This document shows positions 56,735 to 64,000 of a DNA stretch of 64,000 bases, in pieces (within the stretch, counting starts at the first letter, position 1; each line of letters starts with the position of its first letter). The position numbers and the translations under genes were made by a program. The notes beneath the pieces are model-generated. The model was not told the origin of the DNA and ran no database searches. It worked only from the letters and a program-made list of their open reading frames with translations. The DNA is from Candidatus Latescibacterota bacterium (GTDB lineage: Bacteria; Latescibacterota; UBA2968; UBA8231): assembly GCA_965208105.1 (NCBI GenBank), contig OZ242318.1:1184001-1248000 (forward strand), given 5' to 3'.

Positions 56735-59458
56735 TCAGAGCAGGCCTCCGTACTCGGTGAAGCCGATCAGGGTGCGCACGAAGAAGGTCCAGGCGTGGAA
56801 GTTCTCGTCCCTGCGGGACGGCGCGTCGAAGGCGATGGAGTCCCGGTCGAACCCGACGATGGTGTAGAGGTCGTAGCCGAAATAGCGCGAGGGATTGGTC
56901 AGAGTGGCGATGAAGGTGCGGCGCTCGTAGCTCTCCAGCCTGCGCGCCCGGTCCTTGTAGCGATAGGGCAGGGGACCCCAGCCCTCGAGGCCGAGGCGCA
57001 GCACGGTCCGGCTCATGAGCTCGTAGTTCAACAGCAGAATGGGAATCACGTCGTACTCCCGGCGCATGAAGCGCCCGGTGCGCTGATCCACGAAGCGCAT
57101 GAAAAGGAGCTTGAACCGGGGCTCCAGGCTCAGACGGCCGCGGCGCCAGGTCCAGTCCACCCGGCTGACCGCGGTCCAGTGGTCCAGGCGCCGGCGGCGC
57201 GCCGGATATCCCGCCGCCGACAGCCCACCCTGCTGCCAGTTGAGCCGCAGCCGCGCCTTCTGCACCAGGTTGAGCGCAGACCCCAGCCGCAGCCGCGCTT
57301 CGAAGTAGGTCTCGCCCACGTAGCTGTCCTTGTAGAACAGGGGATCCCGGGTCAGCTTGGGCAGCAGGGTGTGGACCCCCCAATAGGAGCCCGTGTGCAC
57401 CGAGCTGCGGCGGTAGACGTCCTCGAAGCGGCGCTCGCGGTCCACCACGGTATAGGGATCCGGAATATCGTCCTGCACCCGGCGCCAGTGGCTCTCGAAG
57501 AAAAACTCGTCGGCGCCGTCCTCTTTGCGGAAGGTCAGCAGGGCGTAGGTGGACTCGTTGCGTCCGGGACCGGCGATCTCCTGCACGTGGAAGCGCCCCG
57601 CCCCCAGCGACCAGTAGCGGGTCAGATCGATCTGCGCGAAGACGTGGAAGCCGCGCTGATCGCGGTCGTAGGGGTAGTCCGGATCCCAGTCGTCCTCGCG
57701 CGCGTCGGGCTCGTCGTTGTTGTTGCGGTCCAGGCCGTAGACGTAGTCGTTGGGTTCCACGTCGTACATCAGGAAGGGCTCCAGATAGTCGGGCAGGCGG
57801 TTGTCGTTGCGGTTGGTGTCGGCGAAGCCGTCGTTGTCCTCGTCGCCGCCCAGGTAGACCCCGTCCAGGTCCCCGGAGTCGGGTTTGCTGTCGCCGTCGT
57901 CGTTGTCCTGGACCAGCCCGTTGTAGAGGGTATCCACCGAGAAGAATTCACCCCCCAGGCGCCCACCGGAGAACCGGTGGACGGCGTTGACGAACCAGGC
58001 TGGTCCGCGATCGGCGAAGCGCGGACTGAGGTCGAAGGCGGGGCGGTGATCCAGGTGGGCAGGATAGCGGCGGTAGATGGACGAGCGCGCGTACTCTGCG
58101 TGGACCTCGAGGCCCGGAAGGACGAGGTTCAGGTCGGTGCTGTAGACGAAATGGGCGGTCCACTCCCCGACCTCGAAACGCACCCTCCTGAAGTTGGATC
58201 CGTCCCCAACGTTTCCCCTGGCGCGAAACACGGCTCTGTAATGACCGGCCTCGAAGCGCTGCAGGTAGGTTTTGGCCCCCGGCCTGATTTCCCGGAGGGT
58301 AGACCAGCTGACCCGGCAGTCGTTGGCCACCAGGGCCTCCGCCTCCACCGAGACGATGTCCGGCTCCCGCGAAAGGTCGAAAAGGAATATCAGCTCCTCG
58401 TCACGCCCGGCCTGGAGCACTCCTCCTGGGTCGGCCAGCGCGAAGCGGTTGAGCAGCCCCGGCAGGTTGGTGTTGGCGCTCACGTCCACTCCGAGCTCGT
58501 GGTCGATGCGGTAGAGGTAGTCGGCGTAGAGCGGGATGTTGCGCCCGCGGGTGTAGTGCTTGGGGCGGAATACGCCCTCGGCCTGGGAAATCTGCCCCAC
58601 CTGGGTCAGCGCGCCGCTGCGATGGCGGATCGCAAAGGGCCGCAGGTCCGGCCGCCTTTCTCCGTTGACGATCAACTCCAGCTCCTGGACGGTGGAGCCG
58701 CCGCGGCCGTCGTCCGGGGAGTCGTCCTCGATCTTCACCAGCAGCCACGAGGCCATGCGCCGGTCGGAGCGCAATCTTCCCTTTAGGCTGTTGCCCGCGC
58801 GGTCACTCCGATAGACGTGGCTGTTGGCCCAGTTCAGGCCCAGGCTCAGGGCACCCAGGTCGGCCTGAAAGCGCTGGGCCAGCATCATGGAGGAGTTGCC
58901 CAGGTGGTGGCCCGAGCGGCGGGCGTGGGAGGTGGATTTCAGGCGCGGGGTGGAGACGTCCAGGCGCAGCCCGCTGGTGCGCGCCAGGGACATGGTCAGG
59001 GGGGTCAGAAACAGGGTCCCCGACGAACCCACTATGGCGCTGTAGCCCCAGCCGCCGTACCCGTCGCGCGCCACCACCTGGCCGCCGATGCTCTCGATCG
59101 CGCTGCCGCACTGCCGGCTGTTGTCGACCTCGCAGCTCAAACCGGGCAGGCGCCACTCGCGCCAGTTGTAGAAGTAGTATCCCTTGATGAGGCGGTTGCC
59201 CAGGGGACCGTAATAGATCCGCGGCGCGTCCCCGTAGGGTTCCTGGTGGTTCGGGTACTGGGTGTAGGTGTGGATGGCGTAGTTGCGGTAGGCAGGATGA
59301 GGGCGCCTGAGCAGGAATCTCTGCGCCGCCACCTCGGGCAGGGCAAGGTGGGCATCCCTGTCCTCGGCGCCGCCGCTGGCGGGGTGAACCAGGGAAAGGG
59401 AAAGAAGGAGAAGCGGCCACAGGCCCGGAGCGGGTGATCTCGAGCCTTCGGCGTCCAT
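56735..59458 (-). CDS. Large exported putative outer-membrane beta-barrel protein, paralogue 3 (loop-reduced)
   Basis: Signal peptide; DEDNDGFAD/LDRNNNDEPD block; ends FFVRTLIGFTEYGGLL. Confidence 0.65.
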   Translation of the reverse strand: MDAEGSRSPAPGLWPLLLLSLSLVHPASGGAEDRDAHLALPEVAAQRFLLRRPHPAYRNYAIHTYTQYPNHQEPYGDAPRIYYGPLGNRLIKGYYFYNWREWRLPGLSCEVDNSRQCGSAIESIGGQVVARDGYGGWGYSAIVGSSGTLFLTPLTMSLARTSGLRLDVSTPRLKSTSHARRSGHHLGNSSMMLAQRFQADLGALSLGLNWANSHVYRSDRAGNSLKGRLRSDRRMASWLLVKIEDDSPDDGRGGSTVQELELIVNGERRPDLRPFAIRHRSGALTQVGQISQAEGVFRPKHYTRGRNIPLYADYLYRIDHELGVDVSANTNLPGLLNRFALADPGGVLQAGRDEELIFLFDLSREPDIVSVEAEALVANDCRVSWSTLREIRPGAKTYLQRFEAGHYRAVFRARGNVGDGSNFRRVRFEVGEWTAHFVYSTDLNLVLPGLEVHAEYARSSIYRRYPAHLDHRPAFDLSPRFADRGPAWFVNAVHRFSGGRLGGEFFSVDTLYNGLVQDNDDGDSKPDSGDLDGVYLGGDEDNDGFADTNRNDNRLPDYLEPFLMYDVEPNDYVYGLDRNNNDEPDAREDDWDPDYPYDRDQRGFHVFAQIDLTRYWSLGAGRFHVQEIAGPGRNESTYALLTFRKEDGADEFFFESHWRRVQDDIPDPYTVVDRERRFEDVYRRSSVHTGSYWGVHTLLPKLTRDPLFYKDSYVGETYFEARLRLGSALNLVQKARLRLNWQQGGLSAAGYPARRRRLDHWTAVSRVDWTWRRGRLSLEPRFKLLFMRFVDQRTGRFMRREYDVIPILLLNYELMSRTVLRLGLEGWGPLPYRYKDRARRLESYERRTFIATLTNPSRYFGYDLYTIVGFDRDSIAFDAPSRRDENFHAWTFFVRTLIGFTEYGGLL

Positions 59459-59462
59459 TGGT

Positions 59463-62417
59463 CTAGAACAAACGATCTCCGGCTCCGGGGAACCCGATCA
59501 GGGTGCGCACGAACAACGAAACCACGTCGAAGTTCTCGGCCTCGCGGAAGCGGGCGTCGAACTCCATGTCGTCCCTGTTGACCCCGACGATGGTATAGAG
59601 ATCGTAGCCGAAATAGCGCGAGTGATTGGTCACCGTGGCGGTGAGGGTGCGGCGATCGAAGCTTTCGAGCTTGCGCGCCTGGTCGCTGAAGCGGTAGGGA
59701 AGAGGTCCCCAGCCCTGGACCCCGAGGCGCAGCACCGTGCGGCTCATTAGGTCGTAGTTGACCTCGAGGATGGGAATCAGGTCGTACTCCAGGCGCATGA
59801 TGCGGTCGATGCCCTGGTCGACGTAGCGCAGCAGCATGAACTTGAACTTGGGCTGCACCCGCAGCCTGCCCAGGCGCCAGGTATAGTCCATCCGGCTCAC
59901 GGTGGACCAGTAGTCCAGCCGCCGGGTGCCGCTGGCAAGGCCCGGAGACAGGTGACGGCCTTGCTGCCAGTTGAGGCGGAGGCGCAGCTTCTGCACCAGA
60001 TTGAGGGTGGACCAGGGCCGCAGCCGGGTTTCCAGGTAGGCTTCCTCGACGTAGCTGTCCCGGTAGCGCAGCGGGTCGGCGCGCAGCCGGTTCTGAAAGG
60101 CCCGGTTGCCCCAGTAGCGGTGGTGCACGAAGTAATGGTAGATGCCGACGAAGCGGCGCTCCTGGGCGAGCACCGTGTACTCGTCCGGGATGTCGTCCTC
60201 CACCCGGCGGAAGTGGTTCTCGAAAAAGACGCGCCGCAGCCGGTCCACTCCCTCGCGGCGGTAGGTCAGCAGGGCGTAAGCCGATCTGTTCCGTCCCGAC
60301 CCGGCGATCTCCTCGACGTCGTAACGACCCGCCCCCAAGGACCAGTGGCGGCTCAAATCCACCTGGGCGAAGAGGTGGAAGCCGCGCTGGTCCTGGTCGT
60401 AGGGATAGTCCGGGTCGCGATCGTCCTCGCGCTGGTCCGGTTCGTCGTTGTTGTTGCGGTCCAGCCCGTAGACGAAGTCGTTGGGTTCCACGTCGTACAT
60501 CAGGAAAGGTTCGAGGTAGTCGGGCAGAGCGTCGCCGTCGCGGTTGACATCCGGGAAGCCGTCGTTGTTCTCGTCCTGGCCGAGGTGAACCCCGTCGGCA
60601 TCGGTGTCGGTGTCGTCCCGGTAGATGCTGCCGATGACGAAGCCGATGCGCTTGTCGGGGAATCCGTCCCCGTCCTCGTTGTCCTGTACCAGGTCCCAGT
60701 AGATGGTCTCGTTGGCCAGCCTGCTGATGTTGCTGCGGCGGACGCCAACGCCCGGATCCCAAAGTATGAAGTGGGACATGGTAGTGGTGAAACCGGGGTT
60801 CATGGCGAAGTACTCGGCGCCCAGGCGCATATGCCTCCACCAGCGCGTGGCATTGATGAAGTAGGCCGATCCCGCCTCCGCGAAGCGCGGGCTGCGGCCG
60901 AAGAGCGGCTCCTCGAGGGAGCGCGCCGGATAGCGCCTGTAGAGGGCGGAGCGGGCGTACTCCCCGTTGATCTCCACGCCGACCAGTTGCAGGTTGAGGT
61001 CTGCGCTGTAGGTGAAGATCGAGGTGCTCTCCCCCAGATCGACCCGCCTGCGCTCCAGGTTCGAAAGGTCCCGCACCTGCCCCGGTGCGCGCAGCACGGT
61101 GCGGTAGAAGCCGCTTCTGTACTTCACCTCATGGCCTTTGCCGCGCGGGTTGAAGTGCTCCAGGGTCGCCACCTCCACCCGGTAGTCGTTGCCCACCACC
61201 GCTTCCAGTTGCAAAGACTCCACGTAGGGTTCCTGCGCCACGTCGAAGATGTAGACCACCTGCTCTTCACCGTCGGCGTGCAGCGTCGCGTCGGGAGATT
61301 CCACCGCGATATTGGCCAGCAGTCCTTCCAGGATGGTATTCTTGCTCACGTCCACCCCGTCTTCGTGGTCGAGGCGGTAGAAATAGTCGGCGTAGAGGGG
61401 GATCTCGTTGCGCCCGCGGTAGAAGGGGAGGTTGACCGATCGCGGCGTCGTGTAGGGCCTGGGGATGAACCCGCCGGTGGCCTGGGAATAGGTCCCCACC
61501 TGGGGCCGGACCCCGGCCAGATGGCGCACCACTCTGGGCCGCAGGTCCGGGCGCGCCTCGCCGTTGACGATCAACTGCACCTCCTGCACCACCGCCCCCC
61601 CTCCATCCCCCGGCGAATCGTCGCTGAAGCGCACCAGAATCCGGTCCCACAGCGGCTGGTCCGAGCGCAGCACCCCTTTCATGCTGTTGCCGGGCTGGGT
61701 ACTCTGGTAGACGTGCATATTGGCGCCGTTCAAACCCAGGCGCAGGGCCCCCGCCTCACCCTGCAGGCGGCTGCCCAGGATCAGGGTGGAAGCATCGGCG
61801 AACTGTACGTTTTCGAAGTGCCACAGCGCATACACGTCATCTCCGGAATCCTTGATGTAGTAGGGACGCTCGATGCGCGATCCCAGGGCCGTGAATTTCA
61901 GATGGGGGGTAGCCACATCCAGGCGGATTCCGTTGAAATCCGTCCTCGACAGGGTCAGGGGCGAAAACCGCGCCACCAGACCGTCCCCCACCATGGCAGA
62001 GTAGTTCCAATTGCCGTAGCCGTCCTGTCCTATGGCGATATAGTTGAATACCTCGGTCCAGGTAGCTTCGTCCTTGCTGATGAAGCTGCCCCACTCCTGG
62101 CCCTCGCGGCGCTGCTCGCCCCAGTCGTAGAGCTTGAAACCGTTGAAAAGAAAGTTCCCCAAATCGTCGTAGAAGTAGACAGGTTTGTAGGAATCTCTCA
62201 GGGCTTCTGTCTGGGGGATGGTGTGGAACTTGTAGTTGTCGAAGTTGTCGAAGGCGAAATTGCGATAGGTGGGGTTTTCCCGGCGCAGGAAGGTGAGCCC
62301 GGGCATCACATCCGGAAGGGATACCCGATTTTCCTGCGCCGCCCCGCCGGCGGCCGTGCTCCACCCGGCGAGCAGGGCGATGAGGACCCTGAGGATGTGG
62401 GTGGGGGAAAAGCGCAT
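59463..62417 (-). CDS. Large exported putative outer-membrane beta-barrel protein, paralogue 4
   Basis: Signal peptide MRFSPTHILRVLIALLAGWSTA after AAGGAG; QDENNDGFPD/LDRNNNDEPD; ends LFVRTLIGFPGAGDRLF. Confidence 0.65.
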   Translation of the reverse strand: MRFSPTHILRVLIALLAGWSTAAGGAAQENRVSLPDVMPGLTFLRRENPTYRNFAFDNFDNYKFHTIPQTEALRDSYKPVYFYDDLGNFLFNGFKLYDWGEQRREGQEWGSFISKDEATWTEVFNYIAIGQDGYGNWNYSAMVGDGLVARFSPLTLSRTDFNGIRLDVATPHLKFTALGSRIERPYYIKDSGDDVYALWHFENVQFADASTLILGSRLQGEAGALRLGLNGANMHVYQSTQPGNSMKGVLRSDQPLWDRILVRFSDDSPGDGGGAVVQEVQLIVNGEARPDLRPRVVRHLAGVRPQVGTYSQATGGFIPRPYTTPRSVNLPFYRGRNEIPLYADYFYRLDHEDGVDVSKNTILEGLLANIAVESPDATLHADGEEQVVYIFDVAQEPYVESLQLEAVVGNDYRVEVATLEHFNPRGKGHEVKYRSGFYRTVLRAPGQVRDLSNLERRRVDLGESTSIFTYSADLNLQLVGVEINGEYARSALYRRYPARSLEEPLFGRSPRFAEAGSAYFINATRWWRHMRLGAEYFAMNPGFTTTMSHFILWDPGVGVRRSNISRLANETIYWDLVQDNEDGDGFPDKRIGFVIGSIYRDDTDTDADGVHLGQDENNDGFPDVNRDGDALPDYLEPFLMYDVEPNDFVYGLDRNNNDEPDQREDDRDPDYPYDQDQRGFHLFAQVDLSRHWSLGAGRYDVEEIAGSGRNRSAYALLTYRREGVDRLRRVFFENHFRRVEDDIPDEYTVLAQERRFVGIYHYFVHHRYWGNRAFQNRLRADPLRYRDSYVEEAYLETRLRPWSTLNLVQKLRLRLNWQQGRHLSPGLASGTRRLDYWSTVSRMDYTWRLGRLRVQPKFKFMLLRYVDQGIDRIMRLEYDLIPILEVNYDLMSRTVLRLGVQGWGPLPYRFSDQARKLESFDRRTLTATVTNHSRYFGYDLYTIVGVNRDDMEFDARFREAENFDVVSLFVRTLIGFPGAGDRLF

Positions 62418-62519
62418 GTTCCCGTCTCCTTGGGGGTTGGTCGACGGCGGCGGGCGACGACGGGAGCTTGCCGCGAGGCATTCAGGGCCAGGGTCCAGCG
62501 CCCTGGTTGTTTCAAGGTA

Positions 62520-62548
62520 ATTATACGAATCTACATGAGCTTCTCCAA
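62520..62548 (-). promoter_or_regulatory. Putative promoter for the tandem barrel genes
   Basis: TTGGAG-17 nt-TATAAT overlapping the upstream stop codon. Confidence 0.5.
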
Positions 62549-63349
62549 GCGCTCGAACATGGTCCTCGCCAGTTCCTCCACGGAAATTCCCTCCATCGCC
62601 GGCTGGTGGGTGGTGACGAACCCGTCGTAGCCGACCGCATGCAGGCCATCGAAGAAGCGCTCGAAGTCGATCCCCCCTTCCTCGCCGACCACCAGGCGGT
62701 CGTAGTGGACCCTGCCGTCGAGGGTCATGACGCTGCTGCTGCCGGTCTCCGACAGGCGCAGGTTCTGCAGGTAGACGTTGAAGATATGCGGCCCCAGCCG
62801 CTCGATGGCCTCGGGACCGTAGTCCTCGCCGCAGATGACCAGATTGCCCGGTTCGACGGTGATGCCGAAGTTGGGCCGATCGATGCGGCGCACCACGTCC
62901 AGGCACTGGTCGACGGTCTCGAAGAGGCTGTCGGAGTGGGTCTGATGCTGCACCCGGATCCCGCGCTCGGCGGCCTGGTCGCAGGCGCGCCGGGTCCAGG
63001 CCACGTCCTCCTCGTTCTTGATGGCGACGCGGATCAGGTCGGCGCCCAGCATCTCGGCGACGTCCACGTGGCGGCCGAAGTTCCTCTGCGGCTGTCCCGC
63101 TTCATCGGTGTTTGCCGCGATCACCGGATCGAGGGTCACCATGGAGGGCCGCAGGCCGTAGCGGTCGAGTATCTCGCGCATGGCGGCGATCTCCTCGTCG
63201 GGCGTTTTCACAGTCGCCTGGGAAGGCCGTATGCAAAGGCCTGCGTAGCCGATGGAGCTGGCCAGCCGGGCAAGCTCCTCGAAACTGATGGCGGTTCTGT
63301 CCTTGACGTGCTCCTCTTCGGCGATGCGGGCGGAAATCGACAGTTTCAT
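62531..63349 (-). CDS. Sugar phosphate isomerase/epimerase (AP endonuclease 2 TIM barrel)
   Basis: GYAGLCIR, NFGITVEPGN, VGEEGGIDF, GYDGFVT; start re-called to ATG 63349. Confidence 0.8.
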   Translation of the reverse strand: MKLSISARIAEEEHVKDRTAISFEELARLASSIGYAGLCIRPSQATVKTPDEEIAAMREILDRYGLRPSMVTLDPVIAANTDEAGQPQRNFGRHVDVAEMLGADLIRVAIKNEEDVAWTRRACDQAAERGIRVQHQTHSDSLFETVDQCLDVVRRIDRPNFGITVEPGNLVICGEDYGPEAIERLGPHIFNVYLQNLRLSETGSSSVMTLDGRVHYDRLVVGEEGGIDFERFFDGLHAVGYDGFVTTHQPAMEGISVEELARTMFERLEKLM

Positions 63350-63351
63350 GA

Positions 63352-63999
63352 TCAATCCTCGTACTTGAGTAAGACGCTCACGATTTCCTCGTGGCGGTCC
63401 AGCACCAGGTCGAAGGCGGCAGCTGCCTCCGCCACGGGAAAGGTGTGCGAGATCAGCGACTTGACGTCCAGTTTCTTCTGGGCTACCAGGAGGAGGAACT
63501 CCTCCATGTTGCGGTTGAGGGTCCAGCGCACGAAGTTGTAGGGATAGTCCAGCCCTTCCTCCTCGTAGACCGGATCGTGCCGTCCAGGTCCGTAGGCGCG
63601 CGAGACCAGAAACTCGGCTTCCTTGCGGTGCCACTGCAGGAACGGGATTTCCAGTTCCGCCAGGCCCACCACCACTATGCGCCCGTTCTTGCGCACCATC
63701 TCCAGGCACTGCTCCAGGGTACCGGCCCCCTGAGGCGCGGCGCACATCAGCACCACGTCGGCCCCCTGGCCGGCGGTGAAATCCAGCACCGCGTCCACCG
63801 CATTCTCGCGGTCGTTGAGCACCACCCTCTCGGCCCCCAGCCTGCCCGCCAGTTCCAGGCGCATTTCGTTGCGGTGCCCCACCACCATGACGTGCCCCCC
63901 GTTCAGGCGCGCCATCTGGGCGGCCATCTGTCCTATGAGGCCCGTCCCCAACACGACCACCCTGTCCCCCAGCCCGACCCTTCCCTGGCGCACCCCGTG
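63352..63999 (-). CDS. Zinc-binding alcohol dehydrogenase family protein (5' partial)
   Basis: HGVRQ, VLGTGLIGQ, GADVV, SRAYGPGRHDP.YEE.G.DYP. Confidence 0.85.
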   Translation of the reverse strand, partial: HGVRQGRVGLGDRVVVLGTGLIGQMAAQMARLNGGHVMVVGHRNEMRLELAGRLGAERVVLNDRENAVDAVLDFTAGQGADVVLMCAAPQGAGTLEQCLEMVRKNGRIVVVGLAELEIPFLQWHRKEAEFLVSRAYGPGRHDPVYEEEGLDYPYNFVRWTLNRNMEEFLLLVAQKKLDVKSLISHTFPVAEAAAAFDLVLDRHEEIVSVLLKYED

Positions 64000-64000
64000 C

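Noticed and set aside
56735-62417. Diversity-generating retroelement or invertase-driven variation as the cause of the variable loops
   Set aside because: No reverse transcriptase, recombinase or near-identical template repeat is visible in the window; paralogues are diverged throughout
62418-62906. Extra 163 aa at the N-terminus of the 1147 aa ORF
   Set aside because: Overlaps the isomerase gene; RBS, signal peptide and paralogue alignment put the start at 62417

Overview
High-GC, gene-dense bacterial window with no rRNA, tRNA or CRISPR array that I can see. Its gene content (five PhyH-type dioxygenases, FlgD-Ig/'PNPFNP' C-terminal secreted proteins, DUF6785/DUF6784-like membrane proteins, CRTAC1/FG-GAP plus TPR pairs) suggests a Latescibacterota/Poribacteria-like organism; this is inference only. 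Recognisable metabolic genes include dgdA, hydantoinase/oxoprolinase A and B, purM, a nucleoside hydrolase, a MetE-like enzyme, a quinone oxidoreductase, SRAP and an AlkZ-like protein. A lower-GC patch at about 5-8 kb carries a leaderless Fic gene and a small IS3 scar. The main unexplained signal is a repeated cell-envelope module: four ~900-990 aa signal-peptide, beta-strand-rich paralogues with Asp/Asn-rich Ca-binding-like repeats and hypervariable loops; four ~660 aa polytopic DUF6785/DUF6784-like membrane paralogues; and two secreted ~640 aa double-FlgD-Ig paralogues whose leaders share a hairpin displaying an orphan perfect Shine-Dalgarno. They are interleaved with cytoplasmic GH32-like and PhyH enzymes, suggesting an uncharacterised uptake/utilisation (or export) system. 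Family names come from motif recognition, not database searches, and many start codons were re-called from RBS context.
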